IMG/VR virus record: IMGVR_UViG_3300028028_000007
Coordinates: 62,001-117,752 of that record
From: an uncultured virus (IMG/VR IMGVR_UViG_3300028028_000007)
Taxonomy: Duplodnaviria; Heunggongvirae; Uroviricota; Caudoviricetes
DNA: 55,752 nt
Reading direction: 5' to 3' (one strand)
In this document: piece by piece, positions 43,882 to 53,923 of the stretch
Layout of the letters: the number at the start of each line of letters is the position of its first letter
Numbering within the stretch: the first letter of the stretch is position 1
Notes under the pieces: generated by a model
Told to the model about the DNA's origin: nothing
Database searches by the model: none
Seen by the model: only the letters and a program-made list of their open reading frames with translations
Made by a program: the position numbers and the translations under genes

Positions 43882-46062
43882 ATGTACCTGATGTCACTCA
43901 ACACGACCATGTGCCTCGATGCCGAGGCTGGTCGAGAGGAAAAGCTGGACCTGGCCCCGCGGGTGCTGGTGGTGGGGCCCAACGGGGGTGGCAAGAGCCG
44001 CATCCCGCTGTCGGCCATGCTGTTGGCCACCGGGAAGCTGTGGGGCGTGCTCTGGCGTGACTCCGTGGCGCTGCCCGAGACGATCATCGACTACGCCCCC
44101 GAGGACGAGGGCCTGCTGGTGTCCGGTCGCATGTCGGACGGCACCGAGGCCGAGTACAGCACAGGTGGCCGGGGGAAGGGCAAGTCCTGGAAACCCACCT
44201 CGGCCATGCGGGATGCTGGGCCGTGGGTGCTGCCCACCCAGCACCTGGTGGAGCAGATGCGGAAGGGGCCCGATACCGTCCACGCCTTCATCGCGGACAT
44301 CCTCGCCCAAGGTGACCTGAGCATCTACCTGAAGAACAAGCCGGTGGTGGCGGGAGGGGCTGAGGAGCCCCCGGTGCTGGCCATGGAGTTCCAGGCGCCC
44401 TCCCGGGATGGTGGCCGCCCCGTGACGACCATGCGTGAGCTTCAGGCTCGCCTGACCAGGGCAGAGAGGAGCGCGGCCAGCATGAAGGCTGACCTGGAGC
44501 GGGACACCCTGGAGCTGGAGCAACTGCGCCGTGGGCTGCGGGGAGAGGTCAACGAGGGTCAGATCCACACGGCCCAGGCCGTGGTGACGATGCTGGAGCA
44601 GACCTACGCCGCCACGCTGGCACGGGTTTCGGCTGGCCAGGGTGGGCTGGAGAAGCAGATCGAGAACGCGACCGCTGAGCTGGAGAACATGCATCGCGTG
44701 CTGGCGACAGCGGAGGGGCAGATCGAGAGTCGCTTCCCGCTGCTGACCGGAGATGTCCCGTCGGGCTCCCTCCCCAGCGAACCGCCAGGCCTCGACGCGG
44801 CTCGGGCCGCTCGGGAAGACCTGATCCAGAAGGCCGTGGCCTCCGGCAACGCCGTGCTGGGCCGAGAGACGGTGAACCAGTGCCCGACGTGCGGCGGGTC
44901 GGTAACCCGCGAGGGGCTGGTCGCCTGGGTCACCCGAGCCAGCAACCTGCTGAACCGGCTGCGGCAGGAGGACAACAGCATCGTGTCCGCTCGGCAGGCG
45001 TGGCAGGCGGAGTGCCAGCGCATCACCCAGGAGTGGGAGGCCAAGAAGAGGGCTTCCTGGGAAGCTCGGCGTGCGGCTGACAACAAGCTGGCAGAGTACG
45101 CCGGCCGGGTGAGGCAGAAGGAGGCTGACATCGCGGCGCTGAAGGCGTCCCGGGTCGAAGCCCCCCCAGGGGATGTGATCGACATGCCCGAGGACAAGCA
45201 GACCACGCTGGAAGATGCTGTGGCCATGCTGGATGGTGCGCGCAAGGCACAGACGGAGCTGATCGAGGCGGCCAGGCTGTGGAACGACTGCCAGACCAAG
45301 AGCAAGCTGGTCACGGAGAAGACTGAGCTGGCTGAGTGGTGGTCCCGGTACACCGTCGCCCTCCAGGGTGCCGTGCGGAAGATCCTCGGGGTCATCATGG
45401 ACGACTACCTGGTCAAGGTCCGCCGCTACCTCCCCTCCAGCTGGGACCTGGTGGTCAAGCTGGAGGACACGCCGACGGAGCCAGGGGGCAAGGTCAAGTC
45501 CGTGTTCCGCCCCGGCCTGCGGCGCAAGGGCAAGGTCCAGCGGGGCCTCTCCGGGTCCGAGGAGGCGCTGGTGCTCACCGCCATGGCCATGGCGCTGCTC
45601 GACTACCTCCCCAAGACCCCCGAGTACAGCCTGGTGGTCCTCCCGTCCGACCGTGACATCACAGGTGACACGTTGGCCGAGATCATGCGCGCTTGGGCGC
45701 ACGCTCCCGAGTACGTCCAGATCATCCTCACCTCCACCAACATGCCGGCGGGGAAGAAGCCGGGCGGCTGGCTCATCGCACAGGTTGGCCCGCAGCCCGT
45801 GAAGCGCACCCGGAAGGGGAAGAAGAGCGGCGACGAGGCTGAGTCGTCGGACAAGTCCAACGAGGAGTCCAGCGAAGAGCCCGTCGCTGCTGATGACCGT
45901 GACGCCATCTTCCAGGAAGAAGGCATGGGTGAGGTCGATGATGACGATGATGATGGCGACGAGCCGGTCAGGATCATCAAGCTGGATACCAGCGACGTGG
46001 TGATCAACCCGTTCGAGCAGGATGACATCTACGGCCAGGACGAGGGGGGCGTGTTTGACTGA
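43882..46062 (+). CDS. Rad50/SbcC-like ABC ATPase with coiled coil and zinc hook
   Basis: Walker A VGPNGGGKS, coiled coils flanking CPTCG, signature LSGSE, degenerate Walker B (LVVLPSD), acidic tail. Confidence 0.85.
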   Translation: MYLMSLNTTMCLDAEAGREEKLDLAPRVLVVGPNGGGKSRIPLSAMLLATGKLWGVLWRDSVALPETIIDYAPEDEGLLVSGRMSDGTEAEYSTGGRGKGKSWKPTSAMRDAGPWVLPTQHLVEQMRKGPDTVHAFIADILAQGDLSIYLKNKPVVAGGAEEPPVLAMEFQAPSRDGGRPVTTMRELQARLTRAERSAASMKADLERDTLELEQLRRGLRGEVNEGQIHTAQAVVTMLEQTYAATLARVSAGQGGLEKQIENATAELENMHRVLATAEGQIESRFPLLTGDVPSGSLPSEPPGLDAARAAREDLIQKAVASGNAVLGRETVNQCPTCGGSVTREGLVAWVTRASNLLNRLRQEDNSIVSARQAWQAECQRITQEWEAKKRASWEARRAADNKLAEYAGRVRQKEADIAALKASRVEAPPGDVIDMPEDKQTTLEDAVAMLDGARKAQTELIEAARLWNDCQTKSKLVTEKTELAEWWSRYTVALQGAVRKILGVIMDDYLVKVRRYLPSSWDLVVKLEDTPTEPGGKVKSVFRPGLRRKGKVQRGLSGSEEALVLTAMAMALLDYLPKTPEYSLVVLPSDRDITGDTLAEIMRAWAHAPEYVQIILTSTNMPAGKKPGGWLIAQVGPQPVKRTRKGKKSGDEAESSDKSNEESSEEPVAADDRDAIFQEEGMGEVDDDDDDGDEPVRIIKLDTSDVVINPFEQDDIYGQDEGGVFD

Positions 46063-46073
46063 GAGCCCCTGAG

Positions 46074-46115
46074 ACAGGTTACCCGCCGAATGGGTGCTCA
46101 TTCGGCGGGGCCTGT
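46074..46115 (+). terminator. Stem-loop after the replication operon
   Basis: cccgccgaatg / cattcggcggg perfect 11-bp stem with outer acagg / cctgt pairing. Confidence 0.65.
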
Positions 46116-46140
46116 GTGCGCGTGCGTGAGGTTCTTGAGA

Positions 46141-46171
46141 CCATTGTGACACCCTGCTGGTGTCACACTGG
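46141..46171. promoter_or_regulatory. Palindrome TGTGACACC-N5-GGTGTCACA (candidate operator)
   Basis: Perfect 9-bp arms at 46145-46153 and 46159-46167 in intergenic DNA upstream of the UvrD-like gene. Confidence 0.55.
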
Positions 46172-46331
46172 AATCTATACAAGTGTGCGATGGCCCGCAA
46201 GGGGGGGATCGAAACATCTGGACCTTTTGCGTCGAGACGAAATGGTGGTACGTGGTTGAGGCTCGTCAGGGCGAAACAGGGTAGAATGACGAGCCATAGG
46301 CAGACTTCGGTGAGAGCCCAGGAGCAGCATC

Positions 46332-49300
46332 ATGGAAAACTGGCAGATCGAGTATGAGAAGCTCCACAAGCGCGTGTGTGGCAACCCCTATCAGCACGCC
46401 GTGGTGAAGTGGATGGCTGCCTCTGCTGGGACGGGCTCGTTCCAGGCCGCGCGTGTTCTGGCCTGCGCTGGGTCGGGCAAGACGACCACCATCGTGGATG
46501 CCGTGGCCACGCTGCTCAACGAGGGGAAGATCCGGCCGGAAGATGTGGTCATGGTGACCTTCACCAATGCCGGGGGCAGCAACATGCGCTCTCGCATGGG
46601 GAAGGTGGTCTCCCGTGAGATTGCCGCGCGCATCCGGCACATGGGGACCTTCCACTCCCTCGGGCTCCAGTACCTCAAGACGGTTGATGCTGGGTGGAAG
46701 AAGGCGAAGATCCTGGACACGATGGAGTATGAGGGGAAGACTCACCTGTGGAACTTGATCCTGGGTGAGCCCAAGCGCAAGGAGTACACGCGGGCTGACG
46801 GGTCGAAATACTGGGCGGACTACGAAGTGCCCGGCGTGCCTGGCCAGCTTGGACTCAGCGCGGACAGGGGGGAGATCAGCATCCCCGATTACATCAAGGC
46901 GGTGGACTTGATTCGCTTCCGTGGCTTTGGGCTCGGTAGCCCTGAGGCCAAGAAGACGCTGGCTGCGCTGCAGCTGGCTGGGTACGACAAGATCGCTGAG
47001 GCATGGGGCGTTTATGAGAGGAGCAAGCTGGGGACCGGGAATCGGGACTACCTCGACATGCTGTGGAACTACTGGAAGGACGGCAGGGACAAGGCTCGCA
47101 TCGTGGTCGTAGACGAGTGCCAGGACAACTCCTGGCTGCTGCTGGACGTGATGCGGAAGCTGGCCGTGAACGCGGGTGGGATGCTCGTGTTCGTGGGCGA
47201 CGTGCGGCAGGCCATCTTCGGGTTCGCCGGGGCCGCCCCGGACGTGACCATGAACGCCGACAAGGTGCTGGGGGCGGTCACACTGGAGATCCCCACCAAC
47301 TACAGGTCGGTGGACAAGGTGGTCCAGCTCGGCAACGCCATCTGCTACGACCGGGGGGAGAAGGCTGACTGGGCCTTGGGCACCGACGCGATCACGGCGC
47401 GGAGGGTGGACCCCGACACGGGGTTGAACGTCTACGGCGGCGGCGGGGTGGTCCCGTCTGGCTCAATCGTGGTGCCCACCAGGTTCGAGACCACGTTTGA
47501 TGAGGCCTTGTGGGTGGCCAAGAGCATCAAGGAGAAGCTCAGCAAGGGGACCAAGCCCACCGACCTGGCGGTTCTGTGCCGGACCAACATGGGTGGTGCT
47601 GCCTACGAGGTTGCCCTGCTCATGCACCAGATCCCCGTGCTCCGCAACCTGCGGGGCCGGGGGCTGTTCGACCATGACGCCGTGGGCGCCGCCTTGGCCT
47701 ACTTGCACATGGCCGATGTGATCGTGGGCACGGTCAAGTGGAAGGAGCGGGATGAGCACCAGGAGGTGCTGCTGAAGATCCTGCGCTACATGGGCAAGAG
47801 CAAGGTGTCGCCCTACAACATCGCGCGGCCCACTGCCAAGTCGCGCTCGGGCTACAACATGGCTGACCGCTGGGCCCGAGGGGACTTGGACGTGGGCAGC
47901 TACCTGGGCTGGATCGTCAGGGGCCCGTATGAGGACCGGGAGAGCTGGTGGAAACACCTGTGGGGTGACGACTACACCGATCTCGGCGACATCGCGGCGG
48001 TGCTGTCCGAATCTGTCACGCTCGCCTGGAAGGACAAGGTGGCGTTCATCGCCAAGCACGTCCGCAGCATGGCCCCCAAGGAAGCGGGAGAGGAGCAGAC
48101 CATCCGGGTGGTGACCCGTGGGGAGGAGGAGGTAGAAGGGGCAGGTACGCGCGAGCTGCGCGCCGGGGTTGTAGCAGGAGACGATGGACAAGCTCTCGTT
48201 GCCACGGCCATGGCGGCGGCAGAGGAGGAGGGGGGCACGGACGCCATGACCGCGTTCGAGGGGATCGCCGAGCAGTTCGACTCCCTGGCAAGCCTGACCG
48301 AGTTTCTGTCCCAGATGACCAACAACGGGCAGAGCACCATCGAAGTGGATGCTATCGACCTGGAGGACTTCACCTCGCCCGGGTTCCGTCTGGGGCGGAA
48401 GGAGTTTGGCGAGTTCTACGCCACGTTCCTCACCAAAGAGGCCATGAAGTGGGGGAAGAAGCGGGTGGAGCCGGACTGGGAGCGGATCTACGGGGGTTGG
48501 GATGCACAAGCCCGGAGGAAGATCGTGGGTCTGTACGACATCCACGTCGAGCGCGGTACCCTCCCCGAGCGGGGATGGGAGCGTCTGCAGGAGCGGCGGA
48601 AGGATCTGGCACAGCGCGTGATGTTGAGCACCGTCCACCGGGCCAAGGGGCTGGAGTGGTCCCACGTCTACGTGAGCGTGTCCTACAAGCAGTTCCCGAA
48701 CGCTCGGGTTGTGGAGGGGACCGAGCAGTACGAGGAGGATCGGCGGGTGCTCTACGTGGCCTGCACGCGCGCCATCGACTGTCTCACGATCACGCGAAAC
48801 GCTGAGCGCGTTGGCCCCAACGACGAGACAAGCACCAGCCCCCTGTTCACCGACTACATCGCCCCGTTCCTTCGTGGTGAGAGGCAACGGGATGCTGTTG
48901 CAGACTTCGCCAAGCTCGCCGGGGCTGCGACTGGGGAGGGGTGGGTGTTGATGTTCTGCCGGACTGCTGGGGCGCCTGTCGAGGAACCACGCTGGGCCGA
49001 ATGGCGTCATGCCACGGGCGAGGCCGTGCCTGCTGTGGCTGTGATGGCGAACCAGGCTGGTGGAATGGACGTGCTGGTGCGCCGAGCTGCCGGTACTGAC
49101 ATGCTCACGGTGCAGAGCGGCACGGAAGCCGTTGAGCTTGCCGCTATGGCCATGGCGGACGACAAGGGCCCGAGGGCGTCCGGGAAGGTGGAGGTGGAGC
49201 TGGACGCCTTCCTGGACTGGCTCAATGAGCAGGAGACCGTGGGCAAGATCCCCGGGAAGGCGCTGGCTGGCTACATCCAGAAGCACCGTGCCGAGGTGCA

Positions 49301-52300
49301 AGCGCACCTTCAGCAGATCGCCCTGGACAGTGGTGTCGACCTTCCGCTGGCTCGCCTGTGGGGCCGGATGGGCAAGCCCCCGGAGGGCTGCAACGGGTTC
49401 GCCCTGTCCTGGGGTGACGGCGCCCTGGCTGGCGGCCTGTGGCCGTCTCAGGGTGTGCTGCGGTTCGTGGGGAACCCCGCGGTGCTGCTGGAGCCCGACA
49501 TGACCATCACGCCGGCTTCGATCATGGAGCAGATCGGAGCGGGTGGGTCAGAGATGGCCATCTACATCGGACACGCCAAGACGGTCTTCCCCGCGGTTGT
49601 CTACACCGATGGCAGCCCCATGCTGACGCACGCGATGGAGATCGCCGCTACGATGTCCGTGGTGCGCGAGAAGCCTTCGGAACCCCCGGTGCCCTTGGAG
49701 CCCCCGGAGCCCCAAGCTCCACCAGTCTCGGTCAAGCCGACTCAGAAGCCGGCTCGGAAGCCGGTCCAGCCTCCACGGTTCCCCTACCCCAGCCAGGTCG
49801 AGAGTACCCCTTGGCAGGGAAGCGAGCACCCGACGGTGACGGTGTGGAACGACGAGAGCGGTGCAGCATGTGACATCGTGCTCGGTGAGGACGACAAGAA
49901 GGAGCGGTACCGTGAGCGGCTGGCCTCTGGGCTTCGTGGGGGCAGCCGGCTTCCCGTGCAGTCAGCCTACGACATGCACATCCGGGTAGAGCTGAGGAAG
50001 CTCGACAAGCTGCTGTGGGAAGTCCATGACATCTTGGATGGCAGCTTCTTGGCTGAGGATCTTATCCGAACCAAGGGCTTCCGAGTCTCGGTCGATGAGG
50101 CGCTGAGCGCCTGGGTTTCCTCCGTGACCAGTGACTTGTACCCAGACGAGGTGGCACGCTTGCCAGTGGGCATCGGGGCCATGTACGACATGACGGGAGA
50201 GGAGCAGCGGACGTACCAGGACTGGCTCGACGGCGAGGGCGACTTCGAGGGGGACCAACCTGTTCCATACGAGCTGTCCACGTTCTTGAACGGTGTGACC
50301 AAGCTGTTCCCCGTGGTGGGTGATGGTGCCAGGGGTGAGGGCGTCCGCGACGGGCTCTATGAGCACCTGGGGGTAGCTGGCGGGCCAGGCCCCTATGCCT
50401 CAACAGAGAGAGAGCCTGACGACGACAGTGCCAAGCTGGAGAGCATGATCTTGCTCTCGGCTCTGCGCTACGTCGTGACCGCGCCGTGGTTCACCGGCTT
50501 CTACATGATGGCCATCCAGTCATACCGCAAGGGCTATGAGCGGCTGGTGGGCGATCTGACAGGCAAGCTGGTCATGCCCCGGCTGGTGGATGTCCTGCGT
50601 CGACGCAGCGCGCCAGATCCTGGAACCGGCTTGGGTGGTGGCCACCTGGCCAGCTTGTTCCCGACCGAAATGGTCACGACGTACACGCTGCGGCTGCCCC
50701 CTTGGTGCTACACCAGGGCGGACTTCCTGCAGGGGGTTTCCCAGATGGTGATCGGGAGCAGCCCGAAGGATGGGGACGAAGGGCTCGATGAGGTCCCTGC
50801 CGCGATTCGGGACATGGCAGCGGTGGTCCTGGCCCGGATGAGAAACGACGACAGTGCAGATCAGGGCATGGCCACAAGCCGGTACGAGCGTGCTCTCGCT
50901 CTGGCAGCCTTGTGTGACCACCGCAAGCAGGTAGCCCAGGCGGTAGATGATGGGCAGGCTGTGCCAAGGGCAGTACGCGCTGAGTACGACCTCGGGCCGG
51001 GCTTCTACATGGCCCCGGCGGCAAAGCTGTTCACCAGGTTCTACCCGGTGGAGTGGGATGCTGATGCGCAACGGGTCGGTCACGTCGGCACGGGATTCGT
51101 GGACATGGCAGATGCCAAGATCGAGCAGGAGGACGAGGAAAATCTCAACATCGTCCTGAAGATCCCGGAGCAAGAGGTAGGGGCAGCTCTCCGAAGTGAC
51201 GCTCCTGGGAACGTCAGGGAGATTGATGAGACTGCGCAGGTCAAGATGAAGGGGACGGTGATCATGCAGGCCATGAGCCAGGCCCCGGCGGTGCTGTCCA
51301 CTGATGCCGTGGCCAAGTGGCTGGCGGCGGCGCAAGCACGCACGGGTGGGCGTCTCAAGCTCACCCCGAGCCAGATCATGCGAGCAGCCCAGAGGGCGCT
51401 GGCAGCCACGCCGGATTCTGGCCTGTTTGCCATCCTGCTGGTCAAAGACTTGGCCGGCGACGTGCATATCACCTGGAAGGTGCCTGACTGGGAAGGGGAA
51501 ATAGATCGCCAGGCCTTCTTGTCCAGCCTGGTGGGCCCTGCCTGTTACGCCCGCAACCGCGACGACTACGTGCTGGGGATGTGGACCTACAAGGCATCAC
51601 ACCTTGACGAGGGAGTGGAGCCCAGCCAGTCCTCACCTGATGCCCCAGCCCCCGAGCCGGTCAGCTTGCCCACCACCATGAGCGGGTGGCCCGCAATCCC
51701 GCGCGCTGTGGTTCTCCCCCCTCCCCCAGCGGGAGAGAGCCGGGCCCTGGTGCTGGGGTTGTCGAACGTCGCCCAGGGGATTGACTCCCTCTCCCTGCCA
51801 CTGCCCACCGATGGACCATCCAAGGTGCTGATCGGCTCCTACATCCTGGGGCGGGCGGTGAAGCGTGGGAAGGGGAAAAAGAAGAAGGGGCCGGAGCCCA
51901 AGGAGCTGTCCTTGAGCCGGGTGGGCCCGGATGGGACTCTGGCCCCCGTGCTCAACGTGACGGCTCAGGATGAGGAAGGCGAGTACGCCTTCTCCCAGGC
52001 GGCGACCAACGCCGTCAGGGAGGGGTTCCAGGTGTACGAGCCCATCCCACCAGGCCTGATGTCAAGAGCTGTGAGCGACCCGCTGCGAATCGCGCTGCGC
52101 GAAGTCTACATGGCCTCAGCGGGAGACCCGCTGTGGCGTGAAGCCGATGGACGCATCACGGTGCGAGATGTCGGTCTGGCTATGACGCGCACCTTCCCGA
52201 CTCCCACAACCGGGATCGTGAGGCTGTCTGGCGCGGAGACTGCACGGGTCACCTTCCCGTCGACCGGGATCGTGAGGCTGTCTTTCGTGGATGTCGTGAG

Positions 52301-52364
52301 GGCGAAGATCCTGAAGCCCGGCCGGCAAGATGCTGATGGTGCAGCCCAGTTCGTGTGGGAGTGA
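46332..52364 (+). CDS. UvrD/Rep-like SF1 helicase fused to ~1150 aa of unknown domains
   Basis: ACAGSGKTT, VTFTN, GTFHS, VVDECQD, VGDVRQAIFGFAGA, NYRS, VLCRTN, STVHRAKGLEW, EEDRRVLYVACTRA; AGGAG RBS. Confidence 0.92.
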   Translation: MENWQIEYEKLHKRVCGNPYQHAVVKWMAASAGTGSFQAARVLACAGSGKTTTIVDAVATLLNEGKIRPEDVVMVTFTNAGGSNMRSRMGKVVSREIAARIRHMGTFHSLGLQYLKTVDAGWKKAKILDTMEYEGKTHLWNLILGEPKRKEYTRADGSKYWADYEVPGVPGQLGLSADRGEISIPDYIKAVDLIRFRGFGLGSPEAKKTLAALQLAGYDKIAEAWGVYERSKLGTGNRDYLDMLWNYWKDGRDKARIVVVDECQDNSWLLLDVMRKLAVNAGGMLVFVGDVRQAIFGFAGAAPDVTMNADKVLGAVTLEIPTNYRSVDKVVQLGNAICYDRGEKADWALGTDAITARRVDPDTGLNVYGGGGVVPSGSIVVPTRFETTFDEALWVAKSIKEKLSKGTKPTDLAVLCRTNMGGAAYEVALLMHQIPVLRNLRGRGLFDHDAVGAALAYLHMADVIVGTVKWKERDEHQEVLLKILRYMGKSKVSPYNIARPTAKSRSGYNMADRWARGDLDVGSYLGWIVRGPYEDRESWWKHLWGDDYTDLGDIAAVLSESVTLAWKDKVAFIAKHVRSMAPKEAGEEQTIRVVTRGEEEVEGAGTRELRAGVVAGDDGQALVATAMAAAEEEGGTDAMTAFEGIAEQFDSLASLTEFLSQMTNNGQSTIEVDAIDLEDFTSPGFRLGRKEFGEFYATFLTKEAMKWGKKRVEPDWERIYGGWDAQARRKIVGLYDIHVERGTLPERGWERLQERRKDLAQRVMLSTVHRAKGLEWSHVYVSVSYKQFPNARVVEGTEQYEEDRRVLYVACTRAIDCLTITRNAERVGPNDETSTSPLFTDYIAPFLRGERQRDAVADFAKLAGAATGEGWVLMFCRTAGAPVEEPRWAEWRHATGEAVPAVAVMANQAGGMDVLVRRAAGTDMLTVQSGTEAVELAAMAMADDKGPRASGKVEVELDAFLDWLNEQETVGKIPGKALAGYIQKHRAEVQAHLQQIALDSGVDLPLARLWGRMGKPPEGCNGFALSWGDGALAGGLWPSQGVLRFVGNPAVLLEPDMTITPASIMEQIGAGGSEMAIYIGHAKTVFPAVVYTDGSPMLTHAMEIAATMSVVREKPSEPPVPLEPPEPQAPPVSVKPTQKPARKPVQPPRFPYPSQVESTPWQGSEHPTVTVWNDESGAACDIVLGEDDKKERYRERLASGLRGGSRLPVQSAYDMHIRVELRKLDKLLWEVHDILDGSFLAEDLIRTKGFRVSVDEALSAWVSSVTSDLYPDEVARLPVGIGAMYDMTGEEQRTYQDWLDGEGDFEGDQPVPYELSTFLNGVTKLFPVVGDGARGEGVRDGLYEHLGVAGGPGPYASTEREPDDDSAKLESMILLSALRYVVTAPWFTGFYMMAIQSYRKGYERLVGDLTGKLVMPRLVDVLRRRSAPDPGTGLGGGHLASLFPTEMVTTYTLRLPPWCYTRADFLQGVSQMVIGSSPKDGDEGLDEVPAAIRDMAAVVLARMRNDDSADQGMATSRYERALALAALCDHRKQVAQAVDDGQAVPRAVRAEYDLGPGFYMAPAAKLFTRFYPVEWDADAQRVGHVGTGFVDMADAKIEQEDEENLNIVLKIPEQEVGAALRSDAPGNVREIDETAQVKMKGTVIMQAMSQAPAVLSTDAVAKWLAAAQARTGGRLKLTPSQIMRAAQRALAATPDSGLFAILLVKDLAGDVHITWKVPDWEGEIDRQAFLSSLVGPACYARNRDDYVLGMWTYKASHLDEGVEPSQSSPDAPAPEPVSLPTTMSGWPAIPRAVVLPPPPAGESRALVLGLSNVAQGIDSLSLPLPTDGPSKVLIGSYILGRAVKRGKGKKKKGPEPKELSLSRVGPDGTLAPVLNVTAQDEEGEYAFSQAATNAVREGFQVYEPIPPGLMSRAVSDPLRIALREVYMASAGDPLWREADGRITVRDVGLAMTRTFPTPTTGIVRLSGAETARVTFPSTGIVRLSFVDVVRAKILKPGRQDADGAAQFVWE
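52209..52283 (+). repeat. 21-bp exact direct repeat at the end of the UvrD-like gene (TGIVRLS x2)
   Basis: accgggatcgtgaggctgtct at 52209-52229 and 52263-52283. Confidence 0.85.
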
Positions 52365-52374
52365 CACTACAGTC

Positions 52375-52403
52375 TTGCACCCGCTCCTGATGCGTGGTAA
52401 GAG
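52375..52403 (+). promoter_or_regulatory. Putative promoter TTGCAC-N17-TAAGAG (TG extension)
   Basis: Intergenic, upstream of ORF 52420. Confidence 0.4.
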
Positions 52404-52419
52404 AGGGCTGGAGGTGTCC

Positions 52420-52965
52420 ATGATGACCCCGGAAAGCCAGGCACTGGCAAACATCTTTGCCCCCGCTTCGACCGCTCCTGCTGCTCCCACCCCTGCTGCT
52501 CCCTCTCCCGCTCCTGACAGTGAGCTTCCGCTTTCGACCAGCGGCAAGAGCGAGGAGGCCGACGGCAAGAGTGAGGAGGCCGAGGACTCCACCGACGCCG
52601 ACGACATCGACGGCATCGAGGACATCGACCTGTTCCCGGACTTCCTTCTGGAGGGAGACCCGGAGGAGGTGTGCCCGTGGTGCCAGCGGACGCGCCAGGA
52701 GCACACGGCACCATGCCCTGACGTGGTGCTGGGCTTGCGTTTCACGCCTGCCTGGGTGCGCCGCGTGATCGACCGGCTTCTGGCACAGCACAAGGCCCCG
52801 CCCGTCCAGCTGGTCCGCGAGGTCGAGATCCCGCATGTGGTCATCCGGGAGAAGGTGGTCATCCACATCCTCGTCACCTGCCCGGTCTGTGGAGGGGTGG
52901 AGGGGCAGGTGGAGACCTGCCCCGTCTGCAGTGGGCATGGCGTGGTCACGGTCCCCAACGGCTGA
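52420..52965 (+). CDS. Zinc-finger protein with acidic disordered N-terminus
   Basis: GGAGG RBS; CPWC..H..C and DnaJ-type CPVCGG / CPVCSGHG. Confidence 0.75.
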   Translation: MMTPESQALANIFAPASTAPAAPTPAAPSPAPDSELPLSTSGKSEEADGKSEEAEDSTDADDIDGIEDIDLFPDFLLEGDPEEVCPWCQRTRQEHTAPCPDVVLGLRFTPAWVRRVIDRLLAQHKAPPVQLVREVEIPHVVIREKVVIHILVTCPVCGGVEGQVETCPVCSGHGVVTVPNG

Positions 52966-52975
52966 GGACACCACC

Positions 52976-53530
52976 ATGCTCTTCGGCCAACTACTTCGGC
53001 AGCTCAGAGGGGACGTGTCCCGCGACGTGTTCCTGTCCTGGGCTCAGAAGGCCCCGGATGTCCAGGACGTGGCGGGACTGGTCCCATCGGCGCTCACCCA
53101 CTGGGAGAGCAGCCGGCGCATCCCTACCCCCCCGCAGCTTCGAGCCATGATCCTCGGCTGCCACGCTGAGGGGGACGTGGACCGGGTTGCTCGCCTCGTG
53201 CGAGCGGCAGCGGCGCACGAGGTGGGCCACCAATACCGGTCGTTCCTCCAGGCCACGAGGGGCACCGAGATCCAGGAGGCAACAGAGTCGCCGGCCAGGA
53301 CGACGGCGTTCCTGGCCTGGGCCAAGGCGATCCCGTCCCAGCCCCCGCGGGCAGACCGCGATGTCTACTCCCCCCGGCTCTTCCGAACGCGAGAGGACGA
53401 CAGCCCGACGGCTCCTGATGATGTCGAGATCGACTGCGAAGTCGATCCGGACGGGGTTGAGCCGGGCGAGGTCGAGCCGGTGGCGGCCATGGCCAACCTG
53501 GACGAGTGCGCCGGGGTAGAGGCCGGTTAG
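52976..53530 (+). CDS. XRE-family HTH protein
   Basis: FGQLLRQLR ... VPSALTHWESSRRIPTPPQL; GAGGA RBS. Confidence 0.75.
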   Translation: MLFGQLLRQLRGDVSRDVFLSWAQKAPDVQDVAGLVPSALTHWESSRRIPTPPQLRAMILGCHAEGDVDRVARLVRAAAAHEVGHQYRSFLQATRGTEIQEATESPARTTAFLAWAKAIPSQPPRADRDVYSPRLFRTREDDSPTAPDDVEIDCEVDPDGVEPGEVEPVAAMANLDECAGVEAG

Positions 53531-53596
53531 GGAATCGGGGGACGGGCTGAAAACCAAGGGGGAAGCTCTCTTTACACGAAATGTATGACGGAGTGC

Positions 53597-53626
53597 TTGA
53601 CAACGCGCAGCACTTCATCATACGCT
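53597..53626 (+). promoter_or_regulatory. Putative strong promoter TTGACA-N18-TACGCT
   Basis: Near-consensus boxes in a more AT-rich gap, upstream of a run of small genes. Confidence 0.6.
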
Positions 53627-53673
53627 GGTGACTGTCCGAGCCGCTCCGGCTCCGACCCTCACCAGGAGAGCAG

Positions 53674-53922
53674 ATGCCGACCCCTCACCTCACCCCCGAA
53701 GTCATCTCCCGCTTCCTCGACTATGCCCGGGACGCGGGCAACTGGAGCGGCACCCCGCTCATCGGCGGAAACGTCGGCGGTGACCCGGAAGACAAGGGCT
53801 ACCTCGTCAACATGAAAAAGGCGGGGTTGATCACCACCTTCCGGGAAGACGACGGGACGTTCTGGCTCATCTTCACCATCGCGGGGCGCGAGTTCGCTCA
53901 TGCACACGGCGTCGAGGTCTAG
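53674..53922 (+). CDS. Small hypothetical protein (winged-helix-like end)
   Basis: AGGAG RBS; LVNMKKAGLI..WLIFTIAGRE. Confidence 0.75.
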   Translation: MPTPHLTPEVISRFLDYARDAGNWSGTPLIGGNVGGDPEDKGYLVNMKKAGLITTFREDDGTFWLIFTIAGREFAHAHGVEV

Positions 53923-53923
53923 C

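Noticed and set aside
52543..52583. 21-bp tandem duplication (GKSEEAD x2)
   Set aside because: Ordinary slippage in a disordered acidic linker with no sign of function.
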